Part shown: positions 1 through 8,134 of the stretch, in pieces
Numbering within the stretch: the stretch's first letter is position 1
How the letters are laid out: each line of letters starts with the position of its first letter
DNA from: Candidatus Nanobsidianus stetteri
Lineage (GTDB): Archaea > Nanobdellota > Nanobdellia > Nanobdellales > Nanobdellaceae
Direction: 5' to 3'
Assembly: GCA_000387965.1 (NCBI GenBank)
Contig: APJZ01000002.1
Span: 90,001 to 122,000, forward strand
DNA length: 32,000 nucleotides
The notes under the pieces: generated by a model
What the model was told of the DNA's origin: nothing
What the model saw: the letters and a program-made list of their open reading frames with translations, nothing else
Databases searched by the model: none
Position numbers and translations under genes: made by a program

Positions 1-534
1 AGGAAAGATGTCGAAAATTTATTTATTGGAAATGAAATATATGTTGGATATGATCTATGGAATCATTTTATATTATCAAAAGATAGAAGATTTATATTAA
101 CAAGACCAAATGGATCAAAATTTATCCCAGTTGAATTAGAATTATCATTTGGAGTTGATAGAAATATATTTTCATTATTATTAATTAATTATGATGGAAG
201 AATACTAAAATTACCAGATTATTTATCTCCAATTCAAATTGCAGTATTTCCATTATTAGAAAATAATGAAAATATGGTAAAAGTAGCTAAGGAAATTTAT
301 AATAAATTAAGAAAAAGATTTGATGTATATTATGATGATTCTGGAAGAATTGGTATAAGATATAAAAGACAGGATGAAATTGGAACATTTTATTGTATTA
401 CAGTAGATGATCAAACATTAAAGGATAATACAGTTACAGTAAGATTTAGAGATACAAAAGAACAAATAAGGATAAATATAAATGATTTGGAAAAGTTTTT
501 TGAAGAAAAATTTGATATTTGGAAAATTTTATAA
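1..534 (+). CDS. glyS: Glycyl-tRNA synthetase, C-terminal part (5' end outside window)
   Basis: Frame 1 is open from base 1. The translation reads ...FIPVELELSFGVDRNIFSLL...LSPIQIAVFPLL...GRIGIRYKRQDEIGTFYCITVDDQT..VTVRFRDT. This is the class II motif-3 region plus anticodon-binding domain pattern of archaeal/eukaryal-type GlyRS. Confidence 0.8.
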   Translation, partial: RKDVENLFIGNEIYVGYDLWNHFILSKDRRFILTRPNGSKFIPVELELSFGVDRNIFSLLLINYDGRILKLPDYLSPIQIAVFPLLENNENMVKVAKEIYNKLRKRFDVYYDDSGRIGIRYKRQDEIGTFYCITVDDQTLKDNTVTVRFRDTKEQIRININDLEKFFEEKFDIWKIL

Positions 535-594
535 TATTCTTCATGAGAAGGTAGTTATTAAATAAATATAAAGTTCCATGAAATTATAAAGAAT

Positions 595-2196
595 ATGAAG
601 AAAGTTGCTTTTATATCTCAAGAATTTGCAATCGATAAATTACCAACATATGCTGGGGGATTGGGAATTTTAGCTGGAGATCTATTTTATTCATCAAACG
701 ATTTAAAATATCCAATATATGGTGTAACATTTGTAAATAAAAATGGATATGGAAAATATGAAATAAAAAATAAGGAAATAGTATATGAAGAAGAAAATTA
801 CGATCCATTAGAATATTTTTTAGAAATTGAAGATAAATTCCATATAGATTTGAAAGATAAAAGGATATATTTTAAAGTATGGCAATATCCATTATCCCAT
901 TCAAAATTGTTCTTATTTGATACAGATTTACAAGAAAATGATCCAAGTATAAGGAAATTAACTGGAAGATTATATTATGAAGAAAATGAGGAAGAAAAAT
1001 TATTAAAAGATTTATTATTGGGATTGGGTGCATTGGAATTCTTTGAAAATTATGGAATAGAAATTGATAAATATCATTTAAATGAATCACATGGTGGTTT
1101 TTTAGCAGTAGAATTATATAAAAAATATAGGGATATAAATAAGGTAAAAGAAAAGGTTGTATTTACTACTCATTCAATTATTGCAGGTCATGATTCATTC
1201 GATTATAATTTAGTAGAAAAATATTATGATATTCCCGGAGAAATAAGAAATATATCTCCAAATAGATTATCATTAACAAAAATATTATTTGAATTATCTG
1301 GATTTGTAAATGCAGTATCATATAAACATAAAATAGTTACTGAAAGTGTATATAATAAAAAGTTAGATTATGTAACAAATGGAGTATATCATTTAAGATG
1401 GATAAATAAAAAGATTGAATATTTATATGATACATATTTACATGGATGGAGAAATGAACCTGGAAAATTTGCATACGCTCAATCTATAAATAGGAAAGAA
1501 TTTATAAAAGTAAAGAATGTTGTAAGAAAAGATTTAATAGATTATATTAATGTAAATTCATATTCAAACAAAGAATTTAAAGATGATAGGGTATTAATTT
1601 CTGTAAAAAGGAGGTTAACAGAATATAAAAGATTTCATATGTTATTATGGAGATTGGAAAAGTTTGAAGAATTAGATAAAAAGTATAAAATACAATTTTT
1701 ATTATCTGGTTCATTCCATCCAAAAGATGAATTTGTAAAAAATACAATAAGATGGATTTTAGATATTATGTCAACATTAAATACACCAATTGGATTAATA
1801 TTAAATAGAGGATATGAACAAGAAAGGACAATTCTAGCAGGTACAGATATATTTTTACATATCCCAAGACCTCCATTTGAAGCTTCAGGTACTTCTTGGA
1901 TGAGGGCAGCATTAAATGGTACTCCTACATTATTTTCAAGGGATGGATCGCCTTTAGAAATAATAATTGATGATTATAATGGATGGTTCTTTGGAGAAAA
2001 TAATTATGATATAAATAAGAATACAGATGATAAAGATGTAGAAGATTTCTATAATAAATTAGATTATGTATTAAATATATTCAGAAATAATTATGATAAA
2101 TATATAGATGTATCATTAAATGCAATAAGAACAGTAGGTCCACTATTTAATACTTATAGATGTTTTGAAGAATATATTAGTAAAGCATATGTATGA
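595..2196 (+). CDS. Alpha-glucan (glycogen/maltodextrin) phosphorylase family GT35 homolog, short and divergent
   Basis: ATG start. N-terminus AFISQEF..LPTYAGGLGILAGD, plus LNESHGGF, VVFTTHSIIAGHDSF, TNGV..RW and EASGTSWMRAALNG all follow the alpha-glucan phosphorylase signature order. The PLP lysine position is Arg (see findings). Confidence 0.75.
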   Translation: MKKVAFISQEFAIDKLPTYAGGLGILAGDLFYSSNDLKYPIYGVTFVNKNGYGKYEIKNKEIVYEEENYDPLEYFLEIEDKFHIDLKDKRIYFKVWQYPLSHSKLFLFDTDLQENDPSIRKLTGRLYYEENEEEKLLKDLLLGLGALEFFENYGIEIDKYHLNESHGGFLAVELYKKYRDINKVKEKVVFTTHSIIAGHDSFDYNLVEKYYDIPGEIRNISPNRLSLTKILFELSGFVNAVSYKHKIVTESVYNKKLDYVTNGVYHLRWINKKIEYLYDTYLHGWRNEPGKFAYAQSINRKEFIKVKNVVRKDLIDYINVNSYSNKEFKDDRVLISVKRRLTEYKRFHMLLWRLEKFEELDKKYKIQFLLSGSFHPKDEFVKNTIRWILDIMSTLNTPIGLILNRGYEQERTILAGTDIFLHIPRPPFEASGTSWMRAALNGTPTLFSRDGSPLEIIIDDYNGWFFGENNYDINKNTDDKDVEDFYNKLDYVLNIFRNNYDKYIDVSLNAIRTVGPLFNTYRCFEEYISKAYV

Positions 2197-2239
2197 TGAA
2201 AAAAGTATACTGAAAGGTGATGAATTTTACCCATCCTGA
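2193..2239 (+). ncRNA. C/D box sRNA (2'-O-methylation guide)
   Basis: Box layout: C box AUGAUGA 2193-2199; 10-nt spacer; D' CUGA 2210-2213; 3-nt loop; C' GUGAUGA 2217-2223; 12-nt spacer AUUUUACCCAUC; D CUGA 2236-2239. It exactly fills the gap between two convergent stop codons. Confidence 0.75.
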
Positions 2240-3289
2240 CTATTTTCCAAAGAAAGATAATATATTTTTTTGGCTACCTTTCCTATATGCATTCTTTAAT
2301 TCTTCAATAGCTTTATTTACTCTATCCTCTGAAAAATCATGCTCATCAATCAAAATTTTTCTTATCTTTTCTTCATTAACTTCTCCAAATTTTATATCCT
2401 CTTTATTTATTTCAATTACTGGTGGATCTTCAAAGAATTCTTCAAGTTCTTTCCATGAAATTTCTTTATAATATTTATCCCATCCAACATATTTAAACAA
2501 TTTTTCAGGATCATTATTATTTTTTACAAGTTCGTACGCAGTTTTTACCCCAATTCCGGGAATTCCATCAGGATTATAATCTGTTCCAACAATTAAAGCA
2601 AACCATATTAATTTTTTATAATCTAACTTTAGATAATTTAATATATCATTTAATTCAGCAATTTCTGGATTTATATCAACTTCTACACCTCTTACTTTTC
2701 TCTTTCCGCTTATTGTTAAATTCCTTGCAACTCTTAATCCTCCAAATAATAATGAATCGTAATCTTGTGATCCAACATAATCTGCAATTCCTTTTTTAAC
2801 TAAATATGCAGCCTGTGCTTCTCCTTCAGAAGGTGCTTGTACATATGGAACCCCCATTGCTTCTAATAATTCTTTTGATTCATCTACCATATTAAATTCT
2901 AATTTTGATGTAAATTCTGCATATTTTTTTAAATCACCTTTTATACCCATTTCAATTGCTTTTTTATATTTTTCTTCCATCTTTTTTCTCTGTTCTTCTC
3001 TTAATTCTTGTTCTTTTTTCTTAAATTCTGGATGTTTGCCATCAAATACATAAATTACTTTTATCCCGTATTCGATCAAATTCTTTGTCCTATAAAATAA
3101 ACCCGATAAATGTGAAGTAATCCTTCCCTTTGAATCTTTTAAAGGTGTGCCATCAGGTTGTCTTATTGCAGCTAGAAATTGATATAAAGCATTAAATGCA
3201 TCCAATGCAACAACTTTTCCAGATAAATATGAAAAGTCAACTTCCTTTATTACAGGTTTTATTAATTCCCTTATTTCTGCTAAACCCAT
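2240..3289 (-). CDS. fen: Flap endonuclease 1 (FEN1)
   Basis: The 349-aa product starts MGLAEIRELI. It has the XPG-N/XPG-I pattern (VALDAFNALYQFL, VFDG, APSEGEAQAAYL, GSQDYDSLLFG) and the H3TH segment GTDYNPDGIPGIGVKTA. Confidence 0.93.
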   Translation of the reverse strand: MGLAEIRELIKPVIKEVDFSYLSGKVVALDAFNALYQFLAAIRQPDGTPLKDSKGRITSHLSGLFYRTKNLIEYGIKVIYVFDGKHPEFKKKEQELREEQRKKMEEKYKKAIEMGIKGDLKKYAEFTSKLEFNMVDESKELLEAMGVPYVQAPSEGEAQAAYLVKKGIADYVGSQDYDSLLFGGLRVARNLTISGKRKVRGVEVDINPEIAELNDILNYLKLDYKKLIWFALIVGTDYNPDGIPGIGVKTAYELVKNNNDPEKLFKYVGWDKYYKEISWKELEEFFEDPPVIEINKEDIKFGEVNEEKIRKILIDEHDFSEDRVNKAIEELKNAYRKGSQKNILSFFGK

Positions 3290-3319
3290 TTAAATAACTT
3301 ATTTTATAATGTTTTAAAT

Positions 3320-3754
3320 TTAATTATTGTTTTTTAAATATTTTTCTATAAATTCCTTTACTGAAATTGCATTACCTTTTTCTATTAAATCTTTATCTTC
3401 GGATACTAAAATAAGTCCAAAATTCTTTGAGGCATATACATAAGCTGCATCATAATATGTTAAATTTTTTTCTATTGCAATTTTAATTATTTCGGTAAAA
3501 GATAAAGATAAATTTTCAATTACATTAAATTCTTTTAATATTTCATAAATAGTTTCAGAAGTTTCTATAGGATTGTTAATTCTCTTAAATATATAATAAT
3601 TCTTCCAAATAGTATTTCCAATCTCATAAAAAGTAAGATCTAGTATATAAATATTATATATATAATTATAATCTATTTTGTTAGTATAATTTTTATAAAC
3701 AGTTAGAAATTTATATAATGCAGAAGCATCAAATAAAAAAGCATTATCTTTCAT
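3320..3754 (-). CDS. vapC: PIN-domain ribonuclease toxin (VapC-like)
   Basis: Acidic PIN residues occur in the expected order: FLFDASAL, YEIGN, YDAAYVYAS, SEDKDL. The gene overlaps the upstream small antitoxin gene by 11 nt. Confidence 0.8.
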   Translation of the reverse strand: MKDNAFLFDASALYKFLTVYKNYTNKIDYNYIYNIYILDLTFYEIGNTIWKNYYIFKRINNPIETSETIYEILKEFNVIENLSLSFTEIIKIAIEKNLTYYDAAYVYASKNFGLILVSEDKDLIEKGNAISVKEFIEKYLKNNN

Positions 3755-3974
3755 ATCTTGTTTCTTTAACTAATCTTGTGAATTCTTCTGGAGTAACGTC
3801 CTTCATTAATTCACTTAATTTTTCAGCTAATTTTTTTATTTTTTCTGCTTTTCTTTTTGCTATTTCTTCTTTTAAAGCTTTTTCTACAACTTCTTTTATA
3901 TTTATTCCTAACTCTTTTGCTTTTTCCTTTAAATTTTTATCTATCCTTACACTTATTACATCTGTCTTACCCAT
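3744..3974 (-). CDS. Ribbon-helix-helix antitoxin (CopG/VapB-like)
   Basis: 76 aa. ISVRIDKNLKEKAKELGINIKEVVEKALKEEI is a typical RHH beta-strand plus two helices. It lies immediately upstream of the PIN gene and overlaps it. Confidence 0.7.
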   Translation of the reverse strand: MGKTDVISVRIDKNLKEKAKELGINIKEVVEKALKEEIAKRKAEKIKKLAEKLSELMKDVTPEEFTRLVKETRYER

Positions 3975-4054
3975 AATATATTGTATACAAGGTAATGTAT
4001 ATAAATTTTTGTATACGATATCATTTTATTAATATCAATTTAGAATAAAAATTT

Positions 4055-4627
4055 ATGGTAAAAGTAATAAAAAGATCTGGTGAAGAGGAAGAATTTTTAG
4101 AGGATAAAGTATATAACTCATTAATTAATGCTGGTGCATCTGAAGAAGTTGCGAAACAAATTGTAAAAGAATTAAAAGATTGGATAAAAATAGAAGGAGT
4201 TGGAAAAATATCTACCGATGAAATTAGAAGATTTATATTTAATAGATTAAGAGTATTGGAACCTGATGTTTTAGAATCATGGCAATTTTATGATAGAATA
4301 TTTAAGGGAAGAATAACATTTAGTGATGGAAAAGTTTTAGTAGTTGATAAAGGTCATTTATATTTAGGAAGGAAAGTTAAAGATATAGGAAATAAAGGAT
4401 TAGATAACTCTGAAGAGGTAAAAGAGATATTGGAAGAATTAAAGGAAGATATGAAATATGGTTTATCTCCAAAAACAGTTAATGCTAGATTATATGCATT
4501 ATTTATGGGTGTATTAAAGAAAAAGGATATGCCTAAAGAAGAAAAGATAAAATCAATAGAATTAATAAATAATTTTAGAAAAGAAATGGGATGTAAACCT
4601 TATGAACTAAAACAACCAATACAATAG
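4055..4627 (+). CDS. ATP-cone domain protein with uncharacterised C-terminal half
   Basis: The N-terminus VIKRSGEEEEFLEDKVYNSLINAGASEEVAKQIVKEL....ISTDEIRRFIFNRL matches the ATP-cone pattern (NrdR/RNR regulatory domain). No Zn ribbon or RNR catalytic part is present. Confidence 0.65.
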   Translation: MVKVIKRSGEEEEFLEDKVYNSLINAGASEEVAKQIVKELKDWIKIEGVGKISTDEIRRFIFNRLRVLEPDVLESWQFYDRIFKGRITFSDGKVLVVDKGHLYLGRKVKDIGNKGLDNSEEVKEILEELKEDMKYGLSPKTVNARLYALFMGVLKKKDMPKEEKIKSIELINNFRKEMGCKPYELKQPIQ

Positions 4628-4714
4628 AATATTTTTTATTATAATATATAAGGAGCTATTAAAATAAAATACCTATAATTAAAAATCTAAATAAGATCAT
4701 AATATTAAAAATTT

Positions 4715-5419
4715 TTATTCAACAGTAATAATTAATCTTTTATTATTTTTACCTTTATTTTCTCTTCCTATAATTTTTATTTTTCCTACTTCTTTTGTAG
4801 ATTTTACATGTGTTCCCCCATCTAATTGTATATCAATATCTCCAATACCAACTACTCTTAAAACATCATATTTTTCATATCTTTTTTCATCCATTAATCT
4901 TTTTAATTGAGGCATTTTTTCAAGTTCTTCTTTATTTATAAATTTTGCATAAACTGGTAAATCTTTGTTAACAATTTCATTTGCTTTTTCTTCAATCTTC
5001 TTTACTAATTCATCATCTAACTTATCTAAATCAAAATCTATTCTTGCTTTATCTTCATATATTTGACTTCCAGTAATTTTTACATTACCAAAAATATTAT
5101 TTAATACTGTAGATAATATATGCAAAGCTGTATGTAATCTCATTAATTTATATCTTCTTTCCCAGTCTATTTTTCCTTTAACAATATCTCCAACTTTAAA
5201 ATTTGGCTCTTTTTCTAGTAAATGTACAATATTTCCATTATCATCATAATATGTATCTATTACTTTTATTCCATTTATTTCTCCAGTATCTCCTGGTTGA
5301 CCACCACTTCTAGCATAAAATACTGTTCTATCTAAAATAACTTCTCTTCCTTTAATTTCAATAACTTTTCCCTCAAATTCCTTTAAATATTGATCTTGCC
5401 AGAAAAGTTTTTCTGTCAT
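4715..5419 (-). CDS. alaX: Alanyl-tRNA editing protein AlaX (AlaX-M size class)
   Basis: Matching segments are FWQDQYLKEF, VILDRTVFYARSGGQPGDTG, the HTALHIL (HxxxH) motif, and GGTHV near the C-terminus. Confidence 0.8.
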   Translation of the reverse strand: MTEKLFWQDQYLKEFEGKVIEIKGREVILDRTVFYARSGGQPGDTGEINGIKVIDTYYDDNGNIVHLLEKEPNFKVGDIVKGKIDWERRYKLMRLHTALHILSTVLNNIFGNVKITGSQIYEDKARIDFDLDKLDDELVKKIEEKANEIVNKDLPVYAKFINKEELEKMPQLKRLMDEKRYEKYDVLRVVGIGDIDIQLDGGTHVKSTKEVGKIKIIGRENKGKNNKRLIITVE

Positions 5420-5544
5420 AGAAAATAATATGATGATATTTTTATTTATCTTTTTACTGTTAAAATTATAATTACGAAAAATTGGTAGTTTGGATATGGT
5501 TATAATGAAAGGAAAATATGAAAAATTTATATATTATTTAATTT

Positions 5545-5958
5545 TTATTCTCCAATTATTGTTATAAATACTTTTCTTTCTCTTGATTCAAATAATTCTA
5601 AAAATATTATTCTCTGCCATGTTCCTAATAAAAGTTTTCCATCTTTTATTGGTATACATAAAGATTGTGATAATAAATTTGTCTTTATATGTGCAGTTGC
5701 ATTGATATTTCCTTCATAATTATGATGATATTTTGTATTTAATGGTAATATTCTATCAAAAAATTCTTCAATATCTTTAAATATTGTTTCGTCATTTTCT
5801 TGTATTATTATACATGCAGTATTATGTAAAGAAAACAATGATACTATTCCATTTTTTATTCCAGATTCTTTTAATATTTCATTTACTTTATCTGTTATAT
5901 CTATAAAATCATATGGACCTTTTGTTTCTATTTTTACTTCCTTTTGATATATTTTCAT
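5545..5958 (-). CDS. YjbQ/UPF0047 family protein (secondary thiamine-phosphate synthase-like)
   Basis: 137 aa. Matching segments: IETKGPYDFIDITDKV, SLHNTACIIIQENDE, NATAHIK, LLLGTWQRIIFLE, in the order typical for the UPF0047 family. Confidence 0.7.
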   Translation of the reverse strand: MKIYQKEVKIETKGPYDFIDITDKVNEILKESGIKNGIVSLFSLHNTACIIIQENDETIFKDIEEFFDRILPLNTKYHHNYEGNINATAHIKTNLLSQSLCIPIKDGKLLLGTWQRIIFLELFESRERKVFITIIGE

Positions 5959-6079
5959 AATAAAATTATTTTATTAACAATTATTTAAAATTAATTAAAT
6001 TTCATTTTAATGTTTTTTAATTTATTTAAATGATTAATCTTTAATTAGAATTTTAAATATATCTTTCATATTATCATTA

Positions 6080-6526
6080 ATGAGTGATAACTTAGATGAA
6101 AGAATAAAAAATGCAGCATCTAATAATATGCGAGTAGAATATAAAATACCGAATATTATAACATATGTAATAGCTTTTACTAAGACATATGAAGAATATT
6201 GCCATACAAGTCTTCCTGAGTTGGAAATAATTGATAAAGTAGGAGAAAAATTGGGAATAGCTCATCCATTTACTGGAAAACTTTCAAGTTACCTATTGGA
6301 AGAACCTATATTAAATGAAATTGAACATATGTCAGAGGTACAGAGAGAGCTACTTCGAATGCTTGCAGCAGGTTATGTATTATCAGTTATAGAAGATTAC
6401 AATGAAGGTAAATGTATAGAAAAAGGAAAAGAAAAAGATATATTGTCAGAATATTTGTATAAATTTATTAAATCAGAGATTATTTCAAAACAACGTGAAG
6501 GTTTATTTTATAGAAGAATCTATTAA
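6080..6526 (+). CDS. Hypothetical protein
   Basis: 148-aa ORF with an ATG start and coding-like composition. I recognise no motif. Confidence 0.45.
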   Translation: MSDNLDERIKNAASNNMRVEYKIPNIITYVIAFTKTYEEYCHTSLPELEIIDKVGEKLGIAHPFTGKLSSYLLEEPILNEIEHMSEVQRELLRMLAAGYVLSVIEDYNEGKCIEKGKEKDILSEYLYKFIKSEIISKQREGLFYRRIY

Positions 6527-6546
6527 CATTTTTTAATATAAATATC

Positions 6547-6618
6547 TGGACCCGCCGGGACTTGAACCCGGGACCTCTGGCTAGCGAGGCCAGAATCCTA
6601 CCACTAGACTACGGGCCC
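6547..6618 (-). tRNA. tRNA-Ala (anticodon CGC)
   Basis: The reverse complement folds as a 72-nt cloverleaf. Acceptor GGGCCCG/CGGGTCC includes the G3:U70 alanine identity pair. The anticodon arm is CTGGC-CTCGCTA-GCCAG and the T arm is CCGGG-TTCAAGT-CCCGG. The discriminator is A. No encoded CCA and no intron. Confidence 0.93.
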
Positions 6619-6640
6619 AAAAATATAATTATCAAAAAAA

Positions 6641-6808
6641 TTATATAGTCAATAAAATCTCCAAAAGTGCAAGTACATCTAAAACAACAATACTTCCAGC
6701 CGCAAATTTTACATATTCATTGCTGAAAAAGGAAGGATTCCATAATAAATACAGTTCTACTAGTGTACCTATAATTATAAATATGCTCGATAGCATCTTG
6801 CTTTCCAT
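6641..6808 (-). CDS. Possible small two-helix membrane protein
   Basis: The track ORF begins at a TTG. The first ATG (6806-6808) gives a 55-aa product with two hydrophobic segments. No homology recognised. Confidence 0.3.
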   Translation of the reverse strand: MESKMLSSIFIIIGTLVELYLLWNPSFFSNEYVKFAAGSIVVLDVLALLEILLTI

Positions 6809-6880
6809 GTACCATAATATATAATTCGGGAAATATAAGCTAATGCTTATCAAATATGATTTATAAGGATTATAAAAAAT

Positions 6881-7246
6881 TTATATTATCAATTTTCCTT
6901 TTCCTGGAGATCCAATAGATTTAGCGATTTCTTCCCATTTTTCCCCAAAATTTTGTTTATATAGTTCTATTATTTCACTTGTTAATAAATTATCCTTTTT
7001 TAATTTCCAGTAAGATACTGGTATTTTATTTTTTAGCATTTCCTTTATTAAATCTTCAGTTTTTATTCCTTTATTTATATTTAATACTTTATCTGTAGGT
7101 TCTAAATGTTTTATATTTACTCTTCTCCTTCTTATATCTCCATCTACCAATACAAAATTATTATCAATTACATCAATTACTACACAATATCTTCCAGCTT
7201 CCCTTCCCTTTAATTTTATACATACTCTACCTATGTCTAGTAACAT
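6881..7246 (-). CDS. rpl14e: Ribosomal protein L14e (eL14) with C-terminal extension
   Basis: IGRVCIKLKGREAGRYCVVIDVIDNNFVLVDG...RRRRVNIKHLEPT is the archaeal L14e KOW signature. Confidence 0.88.
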   Translation of the reverse strand: MLLDIGRVCIKLKGREAGRYCVVIDVIDNNFVLVDGDIRRRRVNIKHLEPTDKVLNINKGIKTEDLIKEMLKNKIPVSYWKLKKDNLLTSEIIELYKQNFGEKWEEIAKSIGSPGKGKLII

Positions 7247-7248
7247 CT

Positions 7249-7518
7249 TTATTGATTAGAATTTAATATTTTTATTTTTTCCCTTACCTTCTCCTTTAAT
7301 AAATTTTCTAAGCATTTATGACATAAATACCCACCATATTTTCTGCTAACCCTTTTTTGTGATAGATTTAATCTTCTATATTTTGAAGGATGCAGTGCTG
7401 GTAATCCTTGCAATTTTCTTCCACATATTGCACATCTTGGTATATTTCCTTTCTTTAATTTTACAATTATAGATACTCCACCCGAAGGTGTTTTTCTAAT
7501 TAAATATGTCTTAGCCAT
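7249..7518 (-). CDS. rpl34e: Ribosomal protein L34e (eL34)
   Basis: Matching segments are RKTPSGG, the CAICGRKLQG...C.KC zinc pattern, and SRKYGGYLC. Confidence 0.88.
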   Translation of the reverse strand: MAKTYLIRKTPSGGVSIIVKLKKGNIPRCAICGRKLQGLPALHPSKYRRLNLSQKRVSRKYGGYLCHKCLENLLKEKVREKIKILNSNQ

Positions 7519-8134
7519 TTTTATTATCTATTTTAGATTTTTTTATAAATCTTGAGTAAATAATATTAAATATTAATAAAGAAATCTGAGCTAGAATATA
7601 TAATATTATATATAGAAGTAAAGGATTTAACCAATTTATATTTATTATTGGTAATCTAAATGGTAATGTATTTGTTATAACATTTACAGATAATAATTTT
7701 GGTTCATAAGTCCCATTTAAATTTATTATATTGTAATTTGCATGATAAAAACCTAGAAAACTATTATTATAATATATAGCAAAATCTTGATTATACAATA
7801 TTGGATTAGTTATTAATACACTTGTTGTATTATTTATATTTGCAACATAAAATCCTGATTGAAAGCCAAAAATAATAAAAATTAATATAATAATTCCAAA
7901 TATACTAACAATCATTGTATGTTTCATTATCTTTGAATATATTTTTGTAAGATCTTCCATAATATTATTTAATTCTTCCAGTTTTCCGGATTTAAAACTT
8001 TCAATATATTTTTTCTGTATTTCTTGTAATTTCTTCTGATGTTCCCTTATTCCAGTCTTTTTTTCAATTATCTTTATTACTATATTTACCAATATAACTA
8101 AAAATAGTACATAGAAGAATATTAAATCTATCAT
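7511..8134 (-). CDS. DUF106/archaeal YidC-Oxa1-like membrane protein (putative), with an inserted loop
   Basis: Topology is TM1, then a charged coiled-coil (HQKKLQEIQKKYIE...MEDLTKIYSKIMKHTM), then TM2 and TM3. It sits directly downstream of secY, where the DUF106 gene lies in many archaea (e.g. the MJ0478-MJ0480 arrangement). Confidence 0.5.
   Translation of the reverse strand: MIDLIFFYVLFLVILVNIVIKIIEKKTGIREHQKKLQEIQKKYIESFKSGKLEELNNIMEDLTKIYSKIMKHTMIVSIFGIIILIFIIFGFQSGFYVANINNTTSVLITNPILYNQDFAIYYNNSFLGFYHANYNIINLNGTYEPKLLSVNVITNTLPFRLPIININWLNPLLLYIILYILAQISLLIFNIIYSRFIKKSKIDNKNG

Noticed and set aside
611-1090. Short antisense ORFs listed in the track. This range holds two of them. Others lie at 2217-2471, 3718-4032, 8906-9488, 10472-10813, 11713-12217, 12985-13314, 15079-15282, 18979-19170, 19879-20370, 24143-24367, 27546-27728, 27951-28190, 29752-29985, 30450-30659 and 31510-31758.
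   Set aside because: Each is nested in or antisense to a longer ORF with clear homology or better coding character. Their translations are low-complexity. 2217-2471 also overlaps the C/D sRNA and FEN1.
5430-5436. An ATGATGA (C-box-like) string in the 125-nt spacer upstream of alaX.
   Set aside because: No CUGA D or D' box and no C' box follows on either strand at sensible spacing. ATGATGA alone is expected by chance in AT-rich DNA.
6080-6618. The idea that the hypothetical gene next to the 3' end of tRNA-Ala marks an integrated element.
   Set aside because: There is no direct repeat of the tRNA 3' end, no integrase, and no clear compositional break. By-eye G+C of this ORF is similar to neighbouring housekeeping genes such as trpS.
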